DNA of 64,000 nt, taken from an uncultured Actinomycetes bacterium. GTDB lineage: Bacteria; Actinomycetota; UBA4738; HRBIN12. Positions 53,492-63,393 of the stretch are shown piece by piece. The position numbers were made by a program, and so were the translations under genes. The notes beneath the pieces were generated by a model. It worked only from the letters and a program-made list of their open reading frames with translations, was not told the DNA's origin and did no database searches. The stretch covers positions 1,342,942-1,406,941 of the forward strand of contig CAVQPR010000001.1 in NCBI GenBank assembly GCA_963714865.1, read 5' to 3'. Position 1 is the stretch's first letter. The number at the start of each line of letters is the position of its first letter.

Positions 53492-54654
53492 CCCAGCGTG
53501 GGACGTCCCATCGCCCGGCGCCACTCCTCGTTGAACCAGTAGAGGAACCGATCCTGACGCGGGAACACGCCCCTGGTGAACGCCCTCGAGCTCACGCCCG
53601 TCTGGGCTCGCTCGCACACGTCCCAGTCCTGCGTCGAGATGAGGTCCCAGAACTCGACGGTCGGCTCGGGCTTGAACAGTTCCGGGTCGGCGATCGTCTC
53701 GGGCCGGAACAGGAACTCACTTACGACGGTCGTGTGGTTCGGGCCCTTCGGATAGCCGATGTAATACATCGCGCAGTCCGGGTGCAGGTTCAGCATCAGG
53801 TTCGGGAACTGGTAGGTGCCGTAGTACATCTCGAGATCCTCGGGTTCCAGACCCGGGAACGTCGGCAGCTCGCTCCGACCGGTTTGCGTGAACGACGTCG
53901 CCCCTTCCTTCATGCGGTTCCCGTCGTCGGGGATCTCCTCGTCCCACACCTCGCCGAAGCGGAACAGCGGGATCACCTGAACGAGCTCGGGGTGGATCTG
54001 GGGACAGTGGAGGCACTCGTTGTAGTTCTCGACGACGATCTTCCAATTGGCCTTGACCTCGTAGACGAGTCGTACGCCGATCCGCAGCTCATCCATCTTG
54101 AAGCGCTCGAACGCGGTGATCGTCTCGGCGCCGTCGGTGAGCGACTCCAGCAGCGAGCGGGTCGGCCCCCCGGTCGTCAGATTGACGAACAGGAACCCGG
54201 CGTAGGTGTCGACGGCGATGTCGTATAGGGGGTGCTCGGACCGGTCGAAGTGCTCGTCCTCCTTCACGTTGGGCGAGCCGACGAGCTGCCCGTTCAGGTC
54301 GAACGCCCACGCGTGGTACGGGCATACGAACGCCCTGCGGACGCTCGCGGTGCCCTCGATGTCGTCGAGGAACTTCGTGCCCCGATGGCTGCACACGTTG
54401 TAGAAAGCGCGGATGTCGCCGGCGTCGTTGCGCACGATGAAGACCGACTCGCCCGCGATGTCGCGCACGACATAGTCACCGGGGTTCGCGATCTCTTCGG
54501 CGCGGCCGGCGCAGATCCATTCGCCCCACCAGATCCGCTCCTGCTCCTCGCGCCAGACCTCGGGACTCGCATAGTCGTCGCTGCCCAGGGTGGGGCGAGG
54601 CTCCCACTCGACCTCGTCGTTACGGATCTTGATCTCTTGCTCGGTCTTGCCCAT
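53488..54654 (-). CDS. Rieske non-heme iron oxygenase alpha subunit (GbcA/Stc2/CntA-like clade)
   Basis: CSHRG...CPYH Rieske motif; ANWKIVVENYNECLHCPQIH; QD..VCE. Confidence 0.92.
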   Translation of the reverse strand: MGKTEQEIKIRNDEVEWEPRPTLGSDDYASPEVWREEQERIWWGEWICAGRAEEIANPGDYVVRDIAGESVFIVRNDAGDIRAFYNVCSHRGTKFLDDIEGTASVRRAFVCPYHAWAFDLNGQLVGSPNVKEDEHFDRSEHPLYDIAVDTYAGFLFVNLTTGGPTRSLLESLTDGAETITAFERFKMDELRIGVRLVYEVKANWKIVVENYNECLHCPQIHPELVQVIPLFRFGEVWDEEIPDDGNRMKEGATSFTQTGRSELPTFPGLEPEDLEMYYGTYQFPNLMLNLHPDCAMYYIGYPKGPNHTTVVSEFLFRPETIADPELFKPEPTVEFWDLISTQDWDVCERAQTGVSSRAFTRGVFPRQDRFLYWFNEEWRRAMGRPTLG

Positions 54655-54787
54655 GGATCGTCCTCCGGTCGGTGCGGGATACCTCACAGGATAGGGCGCG
54701 CCGAGGGACCTGAGATAGCGCTGGGCCTGCGAACTTCGTGCGGATATCGCATTCTGCTGGCCCATCCTCTGCGATAATCGCCACGAC

Positions 54788-55273
54788 ATGGCAAGAGAGG
54801 CACGATTCGATGATCTCGACCTGCGGATCATCGACACGCTGGCCGAGGACGGCCGGCGCCCGTTCACGTCGGTCGCCGACGAGCTCGGAGTGGCCGAGGC
54901 GACGGTGCGGGCGCGGGTCAGCCGCCTCCAGCGGATCGAGGCGATCCGGTTCGTCACGGATGTCAAGCCGCACGAGCTGGGGCTGCTGTTCGCCTACCTC
55001 GGCGTGCGGATCGCCGGGGCCAAAGTCCGGGCCGCGATCGAGGCGATCTGCCGCATCCCGGAGGCGGTCTACGTCATCGAGTGCACCGGCCAATACGACG
55101 TGCTCGTCGAGGTGGTGGCCCAGGACGCCGACGATCTCCTGCGGCTGATGCAAGAGGAGATCCGAACCGTCGCGGGGGTGGCGCAGGTCGACACGTTCGT
55201 CGGCCTTCGGATCGCCAAGGGAACCTTCCGCTACACGGACCTCGGTCGCGCCGGGGAGCAGCGCCGTGGGTGA
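54788..55273 (+). CDS. Lrp/AsnC family regulator
   Basis: DDLDLRII..LAEDGR, AEATVRARV, TGQYD. Confidence 0.93.
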   Translation: MAREARFDDLDLRIIDTLAEDGRRPFTSVADELGVAEATVRARVSRLQRIEAIRFVTDVKPHELGLLFAYLGVRIAGAKVRAAIEAICRIPEAVYVIECTGQYDVLVEVVAQDADDLLRLMQEEIRTVAGVAQVDTFVGLRIAKGTFRYTDLGRAGEQRRG

Positions 55274-55327
55274 TCCGGCAGACGTGTCGGCACCGGGCAC
55301 CCCGGACGACAGGGCGGGCTCACCGGC

Positions 55328-55933
55328 ATGACGTTCGATGTGATCCCCGCTACCGACGCGCGGCTCGACGCCCTGGTGACCGTCCTGGGACGCGCCTTCG
55401 TCGATGACCCCATGACCCGGTGGCCGTTGTCGAGCGGCGGCGACATGATCGGTCGGGTCGAGACGATGTTCCGCCTGATGTACGGGCCACTGATAGAAAC
55501 CGCCGCCTATGAGGTGCCCGATGCTCGTGGCTTCGCCGTGTGGGTACCGCCGGGCGCGACCGAGGCCATGTTCGAAAGCGACGCCCGGATCCGATCGCAG
55601 CTCGCGCCGCTCACCGACGACGGCGCCACCCGCTACGCGAACCTGTGGAGCTGGATCGAGGATCACGTCCCCGACGAGCCGGTCTGGTACCTAGACGCGA
55701 TCGGGGTCGACCCCGACCATCAAGGTACGGGTGTCGGCACGGCGCTGATCCGTGACGGCCTCGGCCGCGCTGCCCGCGACGGCGTGCCCGCGTTCCTGGA
55801 GACGGCCAGGGCAGAGCTACTCGACTACTACCGCAGATTCGGCTTCGACGTGGTCGAGGACGGCGAGCATCAGCCCGGCGGGCCTCACGTCTGGTTCATG
55901 CGCGCCGAGCCCAGCGCGACGGTTGCGACCTAG
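55328..55933 (+). CDS. GNAT acetyltransferase (puromycin acetyltransferase-like)
   Basis: AFVDDP, WYLDAIGVDPDHQGTGVG, AFLET, YRRFGF. Confidence 0.88.
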   Translation: MTFDVIPATDARLDALVTVLGRAFVDDPMTRWPLSSGGDMIGRVETMFRLMYGPLIETAAYEVPDARGFAVWVPPGATEAMFESDARIRSQLAPLTDDGATRYANLWSWIEDHVPDEPVWYLDAIGVDPDHQGTGVGTALIRDGLGRAARDGVPAFLETARAELLDYYRRFGFDVVEDGEHQPGGPHVWFMRAEPSATVAT

Positions 55934-56376
55934 AGGGAGTCGGCGTACCGCTCGATCTCGCCCGTGTGATCCGCATAGTGGTCGAACGTCTCGTCGGCGA
56001 AGTACTCGACCGCCTGGTCGGTGAGCGCGGGAAGCGCGGCCAGCGCCGACCGAGCCCGCTCCCTCAGCGGCGCGGCGCCCGCCACCACGGCGTCCCACTC
56101 CATCGACTGGGATTCCTCGGCGATGCGGGCGTTCAGCCCGTCCCAGTAGGCATCATCGTGCTCCTCGTCCTCGTGGGTGCCGGCCGCCAGTCGCTCCAGG
56201 CGCTCGCCCGACCAGCCCGCCCACCATGCGCTGTGCCACAGGAGATCCTGGACGGACCAACCGGGCACGACACCCGGTTCGGACCGTCGATCGGCCGGGA
56301 CGCGCGCGATCGCGGCCTCGAGCGCCGTCCAGGAGGCGGCCTCCTTGTCGAGCAGTTCGTCCTTGGTCGCCATCAT
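55930..56376 (-). CDS. DinB/ClbS-like four-helix bundle protein
   Basis: GWSVQDLLWH, N, and HYADH His pattern. Confidence 0.75.
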   Translation of the reverse strand: MMATKDELLDKEAASWTALEAAIARVPADRRSEPGVVPGWSVQDLLWHSAWWAGWSGERLERLAAGTHEDEEHDDAYWDGLNARIAEESQSMEWDAVVAGAAPLRERARSALAALPALTDQAVEYFADETFDHYADHTGEIERYADSL

Positions 56377-56386
56377 CGGGTCCCCC

Positions 56387-57877
56387 TCATCGGGTCCTCG
56401 GGAAGCCCAGGTCGATCGAGCTGGTTCCCGGATCGGGCCAGCGCTCGGTCACGACCTTGCCTCTCGTATAGAAGTGCACGCCCTCCGGCCCGTACATATG
56501 GCTGTCGCCGAACAGCGAGTCCTTCCAGCCTCCGAACGAGTAGTACCCCACGGGCACCGGGATGGGGACGTTGACGCCCACCATCCCCGCCTGAGCGTCG
56601 AACTGGAAGGCGCGGGCGGCGCCGCCGTCCCGGGTGAAGATGGCCGTGCCGTTGCCCCACTGGCTGTCGTTCACCAGCGCGAGCGCCTCCTCGTAGGTCT
56701 CCACCCGCACGACTCCGAGCACCGGCCCGAAGATCTCGTCGCGATAGCAGTCCATCTCGGAGGTGACGTGGTCGATCAGCGACACCCCGAGGAAGAACCC
56801 GTCCGAGCCATAGAGCTCAAGCTCGCGTCCGTCGGCCACCACCGTGGCTCCCTGCGCGGCGGCCGATTCGAGGTACGAGGCCACCTTGTCCCGATGCTCG
56901 CGGGTGATGAGCGGGCCCATCTCCGAGTCGGGCTCGAAGCCGTCGCCGATCTTCAGCGAACCGAGCCGCTGCCCGATCGCGTCGACGATCGGATCCGCGG
57001 CGCCGCCGACGGCGACGACGATCGAGATCGCCATGCATCGCTCGCCCGCCGACCCATAGGCCGCCGAGACGGCCGCGTCGGCCGCCATGTCGATGTCGGC
57101 GTCGGGGAGCACGACCATGTGGTTCTTCGCCCCGCCCAGCGCCTGAACCCGCTTCCCGTTCGCCGTTCCCGTCGAATAGATGTACTTCGCGATCGGCGTG
57201 GAGCCGACGAACGACACGGCCTTGACTTCGGGGTGTTCGAGGAGCCGGTCGACGGCCACCTTGTCGCCGTGGACGACGTTGAGGACCCCGTCGGGAAGCC
57301 CCGCCTCCTTCACCAGCTCGGCGACATACATCGCCGCGCCTGGGTCCTTCTCCGAGGGCTTCAGCACGAATGTGTTGCCGCAGGCGATGGCGTTGGCCCA
57401 CATCCACATGGGCACCATGGCAGGGAAGTTGAACGGCGTGATGCCCACCACGACGCCGAGGGGCTGACGGATCGAGTAGACGTCGACGCCCGTGGAGGCC
57501 TGCTCGCTGAACCCGCCCTTGAGCAGGTGTGGGATCCCGGTGGCGAACTCGATGTTCTCCAGGCCGCGCGCGACCTCGCCCATCGCATCCGACAGGACCT
57601 TGCCGTGCTGCTCGGTGAGCAGACGGGCGATGTCGGCGCGGTGCTCGTGCACCGCCTCGCGGATCGCGAACAAGATGTCGGCGCGCTTCGACAGCGACGT
57701 CGATCGCCACGAGGCATAGGCCTCCGACGCCGCGTCGATCGCCGTGTCGATCTCATCGATCGAGGCGAAGTCGACCTCGTGGGTCTGCACCCCGGTTGAC
57801 GGGTTGAAGACGGGGCCGCTTCGACCCGATTCGCCGGGTACCAGCTTTCCGCCGATCCAATGGCTGATCCGCTCCAT
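56387..57877 (-). CDS. mmsA: CoA-acylating (methyl)malonate-semialdehyde dehydrogenase
   Basis: ITPFNFP, KPSEKDP, FVGSTP, GGAKNH, GERCMA, EIFGPV, NVPIPVP. Confidence 0.92.
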   Translation of the reverse strand: MERISHWIGGKLVPGESGRSGPVFNPSTGVQTHEVDFASIDEIDTAIDAASEAYASWRSTSLSKRADILFAIREAVHEHRADIARLLTEQHGKVLSDAMGEVARGLENIEFATGIPHLLKGGFSEQASTGVDVYSIRQPLGVVVGITPFNFPAMVPMWMWANAIACGNTFVLKPSEKDPGAAMYVAELVKEAGLPDGVLNVVHGDKVAVDRLLEHPEVKAVSFVGSTPIAKYIYSTGTANGKRVQALGGAKNHMVVLPDADIDMAADAAVSAAYGSAGERCMAISIVVAVGGAADPIVDAIGQRLGSLKIGDGFEPDSEMGPLITREHRDKVASYLESAAAQGATVVADGRELELYGSDGFFLGVSLIDHVTSEMDCYRDEIFGPVLGVVRVETYEEALALVNDSQWGNGTAIFTRDGGAARAFQFDAQAGMVGVNVPIPVPVGYYSFGGWKDSLFGDSHMYGPEGVHFYTRGKVVTERWPDPGTSSIDLGFPRTR

Positions 57878-58159
57878 GGGTATCAACTCCCCCTCACGGG
57901 ACGCGCGGCCCCGCGTTCGTGGGCTCCCTCGTCGGTGGCGCCAACCGAGCCCTCCGCCGCATCTGCACAGGATATCGGCACAGCGGGATAGGGACATCCG
58001 CGCGTCGTCGTGCCCGCGTACGACTGGGCAGACGGGACGATCGGAGAGCCGGAGCGATCGCCCGCCGGGCGCGCAGCCGTTTGCGCATCCCGGCCCACTT
58101 CGGTCATCATCCGGTCACGACGATACGCGGTGACACCGCGCCGGACGAAGGGATCCGCG

Positions 58160-59314
58160 ATGGGCCAATTCGACTCCGTGCTCGCCAACTCCACCACCCG
58201 CCGGGCGTTCATGCGCTCCATGGCGGTCGCCGGAGGCGCCGGCGTATTGGCCGCCTGTCGCAAGGACGTTCAGTCCACCGGCGGCGCCACGGCTTCGAGC
58301 GTGCCACCCGAGTCCCGGCCTCCGATCGAGGAAGAGCCAGGGGTCCTCGGCATCCACGAGTGGGCGGGATACGAGTCCAAGTGGATCTGGCGCCCCTACA
58401 AGAAGGCCGGTTACGCGGACCCGAGCTTCAGCTTCCTCACGAACACCGAAGGCGCTATCGCCAAGACGGCCGGCGGATTCGAATGGGACATCACCCACCC
58501 AGAGACCGGCTACCTCCAGGACTACTACGACCTGGGAGTGATCCAGCCGTGGGATACCTCGCTGATCTCCAACTTCGACAACCTCAACCCCGTCCTCCAG
58601 GACAGCGGAACCCTGAACGGGGAGCAGTACGGCGTCGTGCTCGACTGGGGATATTCGGCGCCGATCATCCGCACCGACCACGTCGATCCGTCGATCAACT
58701 CGTACTCCTACCTGTTCGACGACGCCTACGCGGGACGCATCTCGTGGTTCGACACCCCGTGGATCATGCTGATGGCGGGACTGGCACTCGGCGTGGAATC
58801 CGACATCTTCGACATGACGCCCGAGGACCTCAACACCTGCAAGGAATACTGCATCGACAAGACGAAGAACCTGCACTCGATCTGGGTCGACTACACGGCC
58901 ATGTGGGACGACGTCGAGAAGGACAACGTGTGGGTCGCCTACTCCTGGCCCGACACCTACGTCGTGCTGAAGGACGTGGTGCCGGTCGACTACATCCGAC
59001 CGAAGGAGGGCACCCTGTCTTGGGCCGAGGCCCTCGTCCTGCGCGCTGACACGGAGAACTACTTCCACGCGCACGAGTACGCCGACGCGTGGTCGAGCGT
59101 GCCGACCGGGGAGCGCCTGGTGAGCACATGGGGTTACGGGCACTCGAACCTGGACATCGATCTCTCGGTGATCGACCCCGAGGTCGTCGCTGCCTTCGGG
59201 CTCGAGGACCCGATCGAGTCGCTCTCGGAGCCCAACAGCCTGATCGACCGCTACCAGCCGCAGCGAACCGCATACAACCGTGCCTGGGACGAGGTCAAGG
59301 CGGCGGCGGGCTAG
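58160..59314 (+). CDS. Polyamine-type (PotD/PotF) ABC substrate-binding lipoprotein, Tat signal
   Basis: TRRAFM, LAAC, EWAGY, PKEG. Confidence 0.85.
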   Translation: MGQFDSVLANSTTRRAFMRSMAVAGGAGVLAACRKDVQSTGGATASSVPPESRPPIEEEPGVLGIHEWAGYESKWIWRPYKKAGYADPSFSFLTNTEGAIAKTAGGFEWDITHPETGYLQDYYDLGVIQPWDTSLISNFDNLNPVLQDSGTLNGEQYGVVLDWGYSAPIIRTDHVDPSINSYSYLFDDAYAGRISWFDTPWIMLMAGLALGVESDIFDMTPEDLNTCKEYCIDKTKNLHSIWVDYTAMWDDVEKDNVWVAYSWPDTYVVLKDVVPVDYIRPKEGTLSWAEALVLRADTENYFHAHEYADAWSSVPTGERLVSTWGYGHSNLDIDLSVIDPEVVAAFGLEDPIESLSEPNSLIDRYQPQRTAYNRAWDEVKAAAG

Positions 59315-59335
59315 GCGAGGTCGACCTCAGCCCCC

Positions 59336-60244
59336 ATGGCGGCCGAAACGACGATCGAGGAGGCATCGCCCACCAGCGAGCGCCACCCGAGGCGTGGCCG
59401 TCGGTCGGCGACGACGGGAGGGCTGCTGGCCGGCCCGACGGTCTGGCTCGTCGTCTTCTTCATCGTCCCGGTCATCATGGTCGGCCTCTACAGCGTCGGA
59501 GCCATCACCCTGTTGCGCAACGACGTGTACCTGTCGATGGAGCCCTGGCGCTTCTTCATCACGAGCGACGTCTATCTCCCGTTGTTCTGGAAGTCCGTGC
59601 GGATGTCGATGATCGTGTCGATCACGTCTGTCGGTCTCGCGTATCCGATCGCCTATCTGCTGGCGCTCGTGTCGGGAAGCCGGAAGTACACCCTCCTGCT
59701 GGTCATCATCGCCCCCGCCCTGACGGCCTACCTGCTGCGCGTCTTGGCCTGGCGCGTGATCCTCGGGGAGAGCGGGCTCCTCAACTCCTTCCTGCTCACC
59801 GCCGGAGTCGTCGACGAGCCGATCCAAGCCTTCTTCAACAGCCAGTTCGCCGTCTACCTCGTGCTCTCGTACGTGTGGGTGCCCTTCGTGGCCCTGCCGA
59901 TCTTCGTGTCGCTCGAGAGCCTCGACACGCACCTGCTCGAAGCGTCGAACGACCTGGGCGCGACCCGATGGCGCACCTTCCGCTCGGTCACGTTCCCGTT
60001 GTCGCTGCCCGGCGTCGCGGCCGCCTTCGTGTTCGTGTTCATCCCGACCCTCGGCGAGTACATCACCCCCCAGCTGGTCGGCGGGCCCGGCGGCTTCATG
60101 TTCGGCAGCGCGATCCAAAGCGCGTTCACCGCGGGACTCGATTGGCAGTTCGGCTCGGCGATGGCGATGTTCCTGATCTTCGCGGTGGCGGTCTTGCTCG
60201 CTGTGTTCGGTCGGTTCCTCAAGGTGAAGGACATGGCCGTATGA
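59336..60244 (+). CDS. ABC permease (PotB-like)
   Basis: LAYPIAY, LLEASNDLGA (EAA loop), PLSLPG, GEYITP. Confidence 0.9.
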   Translation: MAAETTIEEASPTSERHPRRGRRSATTGGLLAGPTVWLVVFFIVPVIMVGLYSVGAITLLRNDVYLSMEPWRFFITSDVYLPLFWKSVRMSMIVSITSVGLAYPIAYLLALVSGSRKYTLLLVIIAPALTAYLLRVLAWRVILGESGLLNSFLLTAGVVDEPIQAFFNSQFAVYLVLSYVWVPFVALPIFVSLESLDTHLLEASNDLGATRWRTFRSVTFPLSLPGVAAAFVFVFIPTLGEYITPQLVGGPGGFMFGSAIQSAFTAGLDWQFGSAMAMFLIFAVAVLLAVFGRFLKVKDMAV

Positions 60245-61086
60245 ATCCCGCCTACTCGCGCGCCGGCAAACGGAGCCTGTGGGCGATCTTCTGGATGCTC
60301 GTCGTGTTCCTCTACGCGCCGATCATCGTGCTGATCATCTTCTCGTTCAATGCGCGCGAGCTCGTCTCGTTCCCGTGGGAGGGATTCACCACGCGTTGGT
60401 ACGGGGAGTTCCTCAAGAACGCGGAGATCCTGGCCGCCCTGAAGACCAGCGTGTGGGTCGCGATCCTGGTCAGCATCGTGACGACGGCGCTCTCGATCCC
60501 CTCTGCGATCGCCCTGGTTCGTCGAACGTTCCTCGGCAAGGGCGCGGTCTCGGGCGTCATGCTCGCGCCGCTCGTGATCCCGCTGGTCGTGCTCGGAACC
60601 GCCCTGCTGATCCTGTTCAACACGATCGGACTGCCGTCCTCACCGTTCTCGATCGCGATCGGACACATCGTGATCGCCCTGCCGTTCGCGATCTTGACAC
60701 TCGTCCCGCGGCTCGAGCGGATCCCGGTCGCCCTGGAGGAGGCCTCGCGCGACCTCGGTGGGGGCTGGTGGCAGACCTTCAGCCAGATCACGTTCCCGCT
60801 CCTGCTGCCCGCCGTGTTCTCGGCCTTCCTCATCAGCTTCGTGATCTCGTTCGACGAGGTGGTCATCGCGTCGTTCGTGTCGGGTGAGCAGGTCACGTTC
60901 CCGGTCTACCTGTACTCCCAGATCCGCTTGCCGCGCAACCTCCCTCAGGTCATCGCGGTTGCCGTCGTCGTGATGGCCATCTCGGTCGTCGTCATGGTGA
61001 TCCTCGAGGCCGCGCGCCGGATCACCGATCGCAAGCTGGAGCAGAGCACCATCGTGGCAGAGGAGGAGGAGGTGGCCGTGACATGA
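60241..61086 (+). CDS. ABC permease (PotC-like)
   Basis: FLYAPI...FSFN, LEEASRDLG, SFDE; C-terminal part of ORF 59089..61086. Confidence 0.9.
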   Translation: MNPAYSRAGKRSLWAIFWMLVVFLYAPIIVLIIFSFNARELVSFPWEGFTTRWYGEFLKNAEILAALKTSVWVAILVSIVTTALSIPSAIALVRRTFLGKGAVSGVMLAPLVIPLVVLGTALLILFNTIGLPSSPFSIAIGHIVIALPFAILTLVPRLERIPVALEEASRDLGGGWWQTFSQITFPLLLPAVFSAFLISFVISFDEVVIASFVSGEQVTFPVYLYSQIRLPRNLPQVIAVAVVVMAISVVVMVILEAARRITDRKLEQSTIVAEEEEVAVT

Positions 61087-62183
61087 GCGACACCGACGTC
61101 GCCATCAGCATCCAAGGGGTCAGCAAGTCGTTCGGCTCGGTCCACGCCGTTCAGGAGGTCTCGCTGGATATCGCCGACGGCGAATTCATCACCCTGCTCG
61201 GCCCCTCCGGATGTGGCAAGACGACCACGATGAGGATGATCGCCGGCTTCGAGGAGCCCGACGGGGGCACGATCCTGCTGCGCGGAACCGACGTCGTCGG
61301 GATCCCGCCGAACAAGCGCGAGGTCAACATGTGCTTCCAGCACTACGCGCTGTTCCCGCACATGACGGTGGCCAAGAACATCGAGTACGGCCTGAAGCTG
61401 AAGAAGGTCGAGAAGGACGAGCGGACCCGTCGGGTGAAGGAGATGCTCGAGATGGTGCGCCTCGAGGGCTACGAGGAGCGCAAGCCGGGCCAGCTCTCGG
61501 GAGGACAGCAACAGCGGATCGCGCTGGCGCGAGCGCTCGTGAACCGGCCGGCCGCCCTGCTGCTCGACGAGCCGCTCGGCGCCCTCGACGTGAAGCTGCG
61601 CAAGCAGATGCAGCTCGAGCTCAAGCGGATCCAGCACGAGCTCGGGACGACGTTCGTCTACGTCACCCACGACCAGGAAGAGGCCCTGTCGATGTCGGAC
61701 CGCATCGCGGTCATGAACCACGGACGCATCGAGCACCTGGCCGGTCCGCGCGAGATCTACGAGCACCCGCGAACCCCGTTCGTGGCCGACTTCGTCGGGG
61801 TCCTCAACGCCATGGATCTACGGATCGACGAGATCACGGGAGACGACGCGATCATGCGGGTGAACGAGCGCGAGCGCGTCGTCGTGCCCGTTCCGCCGAC
61901 CGGCGCCGACACGGGATCCTCGCTGCTCGTGGCCGTACGTCCCGAGCGCATCGACATCCATGCGGCGTCCGAGGAGACCGAGGGCGACTGCCGGCTCGCC
62001 GGAACCGTGAGCCAGGCCGTCTACCTCGGGACGCTGACCCAGTTCCACGTCGAGACCTCGATCGGCAAGCGACTGATCGCCCACCGGCTGTCCGACGATC
62101 ACGCGAGCACGGTGCGCGACGGCGACGACGTCACGCTGACCTGGAGCCGCGAGGACACGTCGGTGCTCCGCGAGGTGGAGTGA
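61083..62183 (+). CDS. ABC ATP-binding protein (PotA-like)
   Basis: [37 protein letters not shown] domain. Confidence 0.93.
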   Translation: MSDTDVAISIQGVSKSFGSVHAVQEVSLDIADGEFITLLGPSGCGKTTTMRMIAGFEEPDGGTILLRGTDVVGIPPNKREVNMCFQHYALFPHMTVAKNIEYGLKLKKVEKDERTRRVKEMLEMVRLEGYEERKPGQLSGGQQQRIALARALVNRPAALLLDEPLGALDVKLRKQMQLELKRIQHELGTTFVYVTHDQEEALSMSDRIAVMNHGRIEHLAGPREIYEHPRTPFVADFVGVLNAMDLRIDEITGDDAIMRVNERERVVVPVPPTGADTGSSLLVAVRPERIDIHAASEETEGDCRLAGTVSQAVYLGTLTQFHVETSIGKRLIAHRLSDDHASTVRDGDDVTLTWSREDTSVLREVE

Positions 62184-62184
62184 G

Positions 62185-63360
62185 CTAGCCGACCAGCGGC
62201 CCGGTGCCGCGCTTGCCCAGCTGATCGGCGATGATGTTGCGCTGCACCTCGGAGGTCCCCTCCCAGATGCGGTCGACACGCAGCTCGCGGTAGTAGCGCT
62301 CGGCGACGTTCTCGCGCATGTAGCCCCGGCCCCCGAAGATCTGGACGGCCCGGTCGGCGACGCGGCCCGCCATCTCGCTCGCATAGAGCTTGGCCATCGA
62401 GCACTGCGCGTGCTGGATCTTGACGTCGGCCCCGGCGTCGATGTTCTCCGCCAGCCGGTAGGTCATCAGCCGGGCTGCCCACAGCTCGGTGAGCGAGTCC
62501 GCAAGCATATGCTGGATCGCCTGGAACTCGAAGATGGGGCGGTCGAACTGCACGCGCCCCTTGGCGAACGCCGTGGCCTCGTCGATCAGCCGCTCGGCCG
62601 CGCCGCAGCACCGCGCGGCGATCATCAGCCGCTCGTAGCGGAACCACTCGTAGGTGAACGCGAGCCCGTCGCCCTCCTCGCCGATCAGGTTGGCGGCCGG
62701 CACCCGAACGTGCTCGAACTCGACGACCGGGTGCGCGTCGGGGTAGGTGTGCATGTAGGCGGGCGAGCGGACCTCGCGGACGCCGGGGGCGTCCTTGTCG
62801 ACGAAGAACATCACGTGGGCACCGGCGTTGGGCCCGTCGGCCATCTTGGCCTGGAAGAAGCAGAACGTGGCGTGGTTGAACGAGGTGACGTGCATCTTCG
62901 TGCCGCTGAGCACGTACTCGTCACCCTCGCGGCGGGCGGTCGCCTCCAGCGCGTCGACATCGGAGCCGGCGCCCTCCTCCGTGATCGCGTAGCACTCCTG
63001 CGCGTCGCCGCGGATCGTCGGCACGATCCACGTTTCCAGCTGGTGCTCGCTGACGACGGCGGGCGCCCATGCCGGCGGCGTGTGGACCACCCATCCCAGC
63101 GCGTTCGTGGCCCGCCCCAGCTGCTCGGACACCAGCACCTGCTGCAGCGTCGTCATCCCGCCGCCCCCGAGCTCGGTCGGCATGTTCATCGCGTACAGCC
63201 CGAGCTCCACCGCTGCGTCGTGCTGGCGGGTGCGCTGCTCGGGAGGGATCTGCCCCCCGTGCGCCTCAGCGTGCTCCTCCCACGGGATCAGCAGATCGTC
63301 GGCGAAGGAGCGGGCCTTCGCCTGGATCTCGCGATCGGCTGGGGACAAGGGGTACGTCAT
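62185..63360 (-). CDS. Acyl-CoA dehydrogenase
   Basis: ITEEGAGSD, RVQFDRPI, SMAKLYASE, QIFGGRGY, IWEGTSEVQR. Confidence 0.93.
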   Translation of the reverse strand: MTYPLSPADREIQAKARSFADDLLIPWEEHAEAHGGQIPPEQRTRQHDAAVELGLYAMNMPTELGGGGMTTLQQVLVSEQLGRATNALGWVVHTPPAWAPAVVSEHQLETWIVPTIRGDAQECYAITEEGAGSDVDALEATARREGDEYVLSGTKMHVTSFNHATFCFFQAKMADGPNAGAHVMFFVDKDAPGVREVRSPAYMHTYPDAHPVVEFEHVRVPAANLIGEEGDGLAFTYEWFRYERLMIAARCCGAAERLIDEATAFAKGRVQFDRPIFEFQAIQHMLADSLTELWAARLMTYRLAENIDAGADVKIQHAQCSMAKLYASEMAGRVADRAVQIFGGRGYMRENVAERYYRELRVDRIWEGTSEVQRNIIADQLGKRGTGPLVG

Positions 63361-63393
63361 GGGCGGAGCATACCGCGCGTTCTGAACCGTCGT

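Noticed and set aside
58105-58160. CCGGTCACGAC / CCGGACGAAGG resembling guanidine-III riboswitch fragments upstream of the binding-protein gene
   Set aside because: The elements are in the wrong order and the pseudoknot pairings cannot be formed
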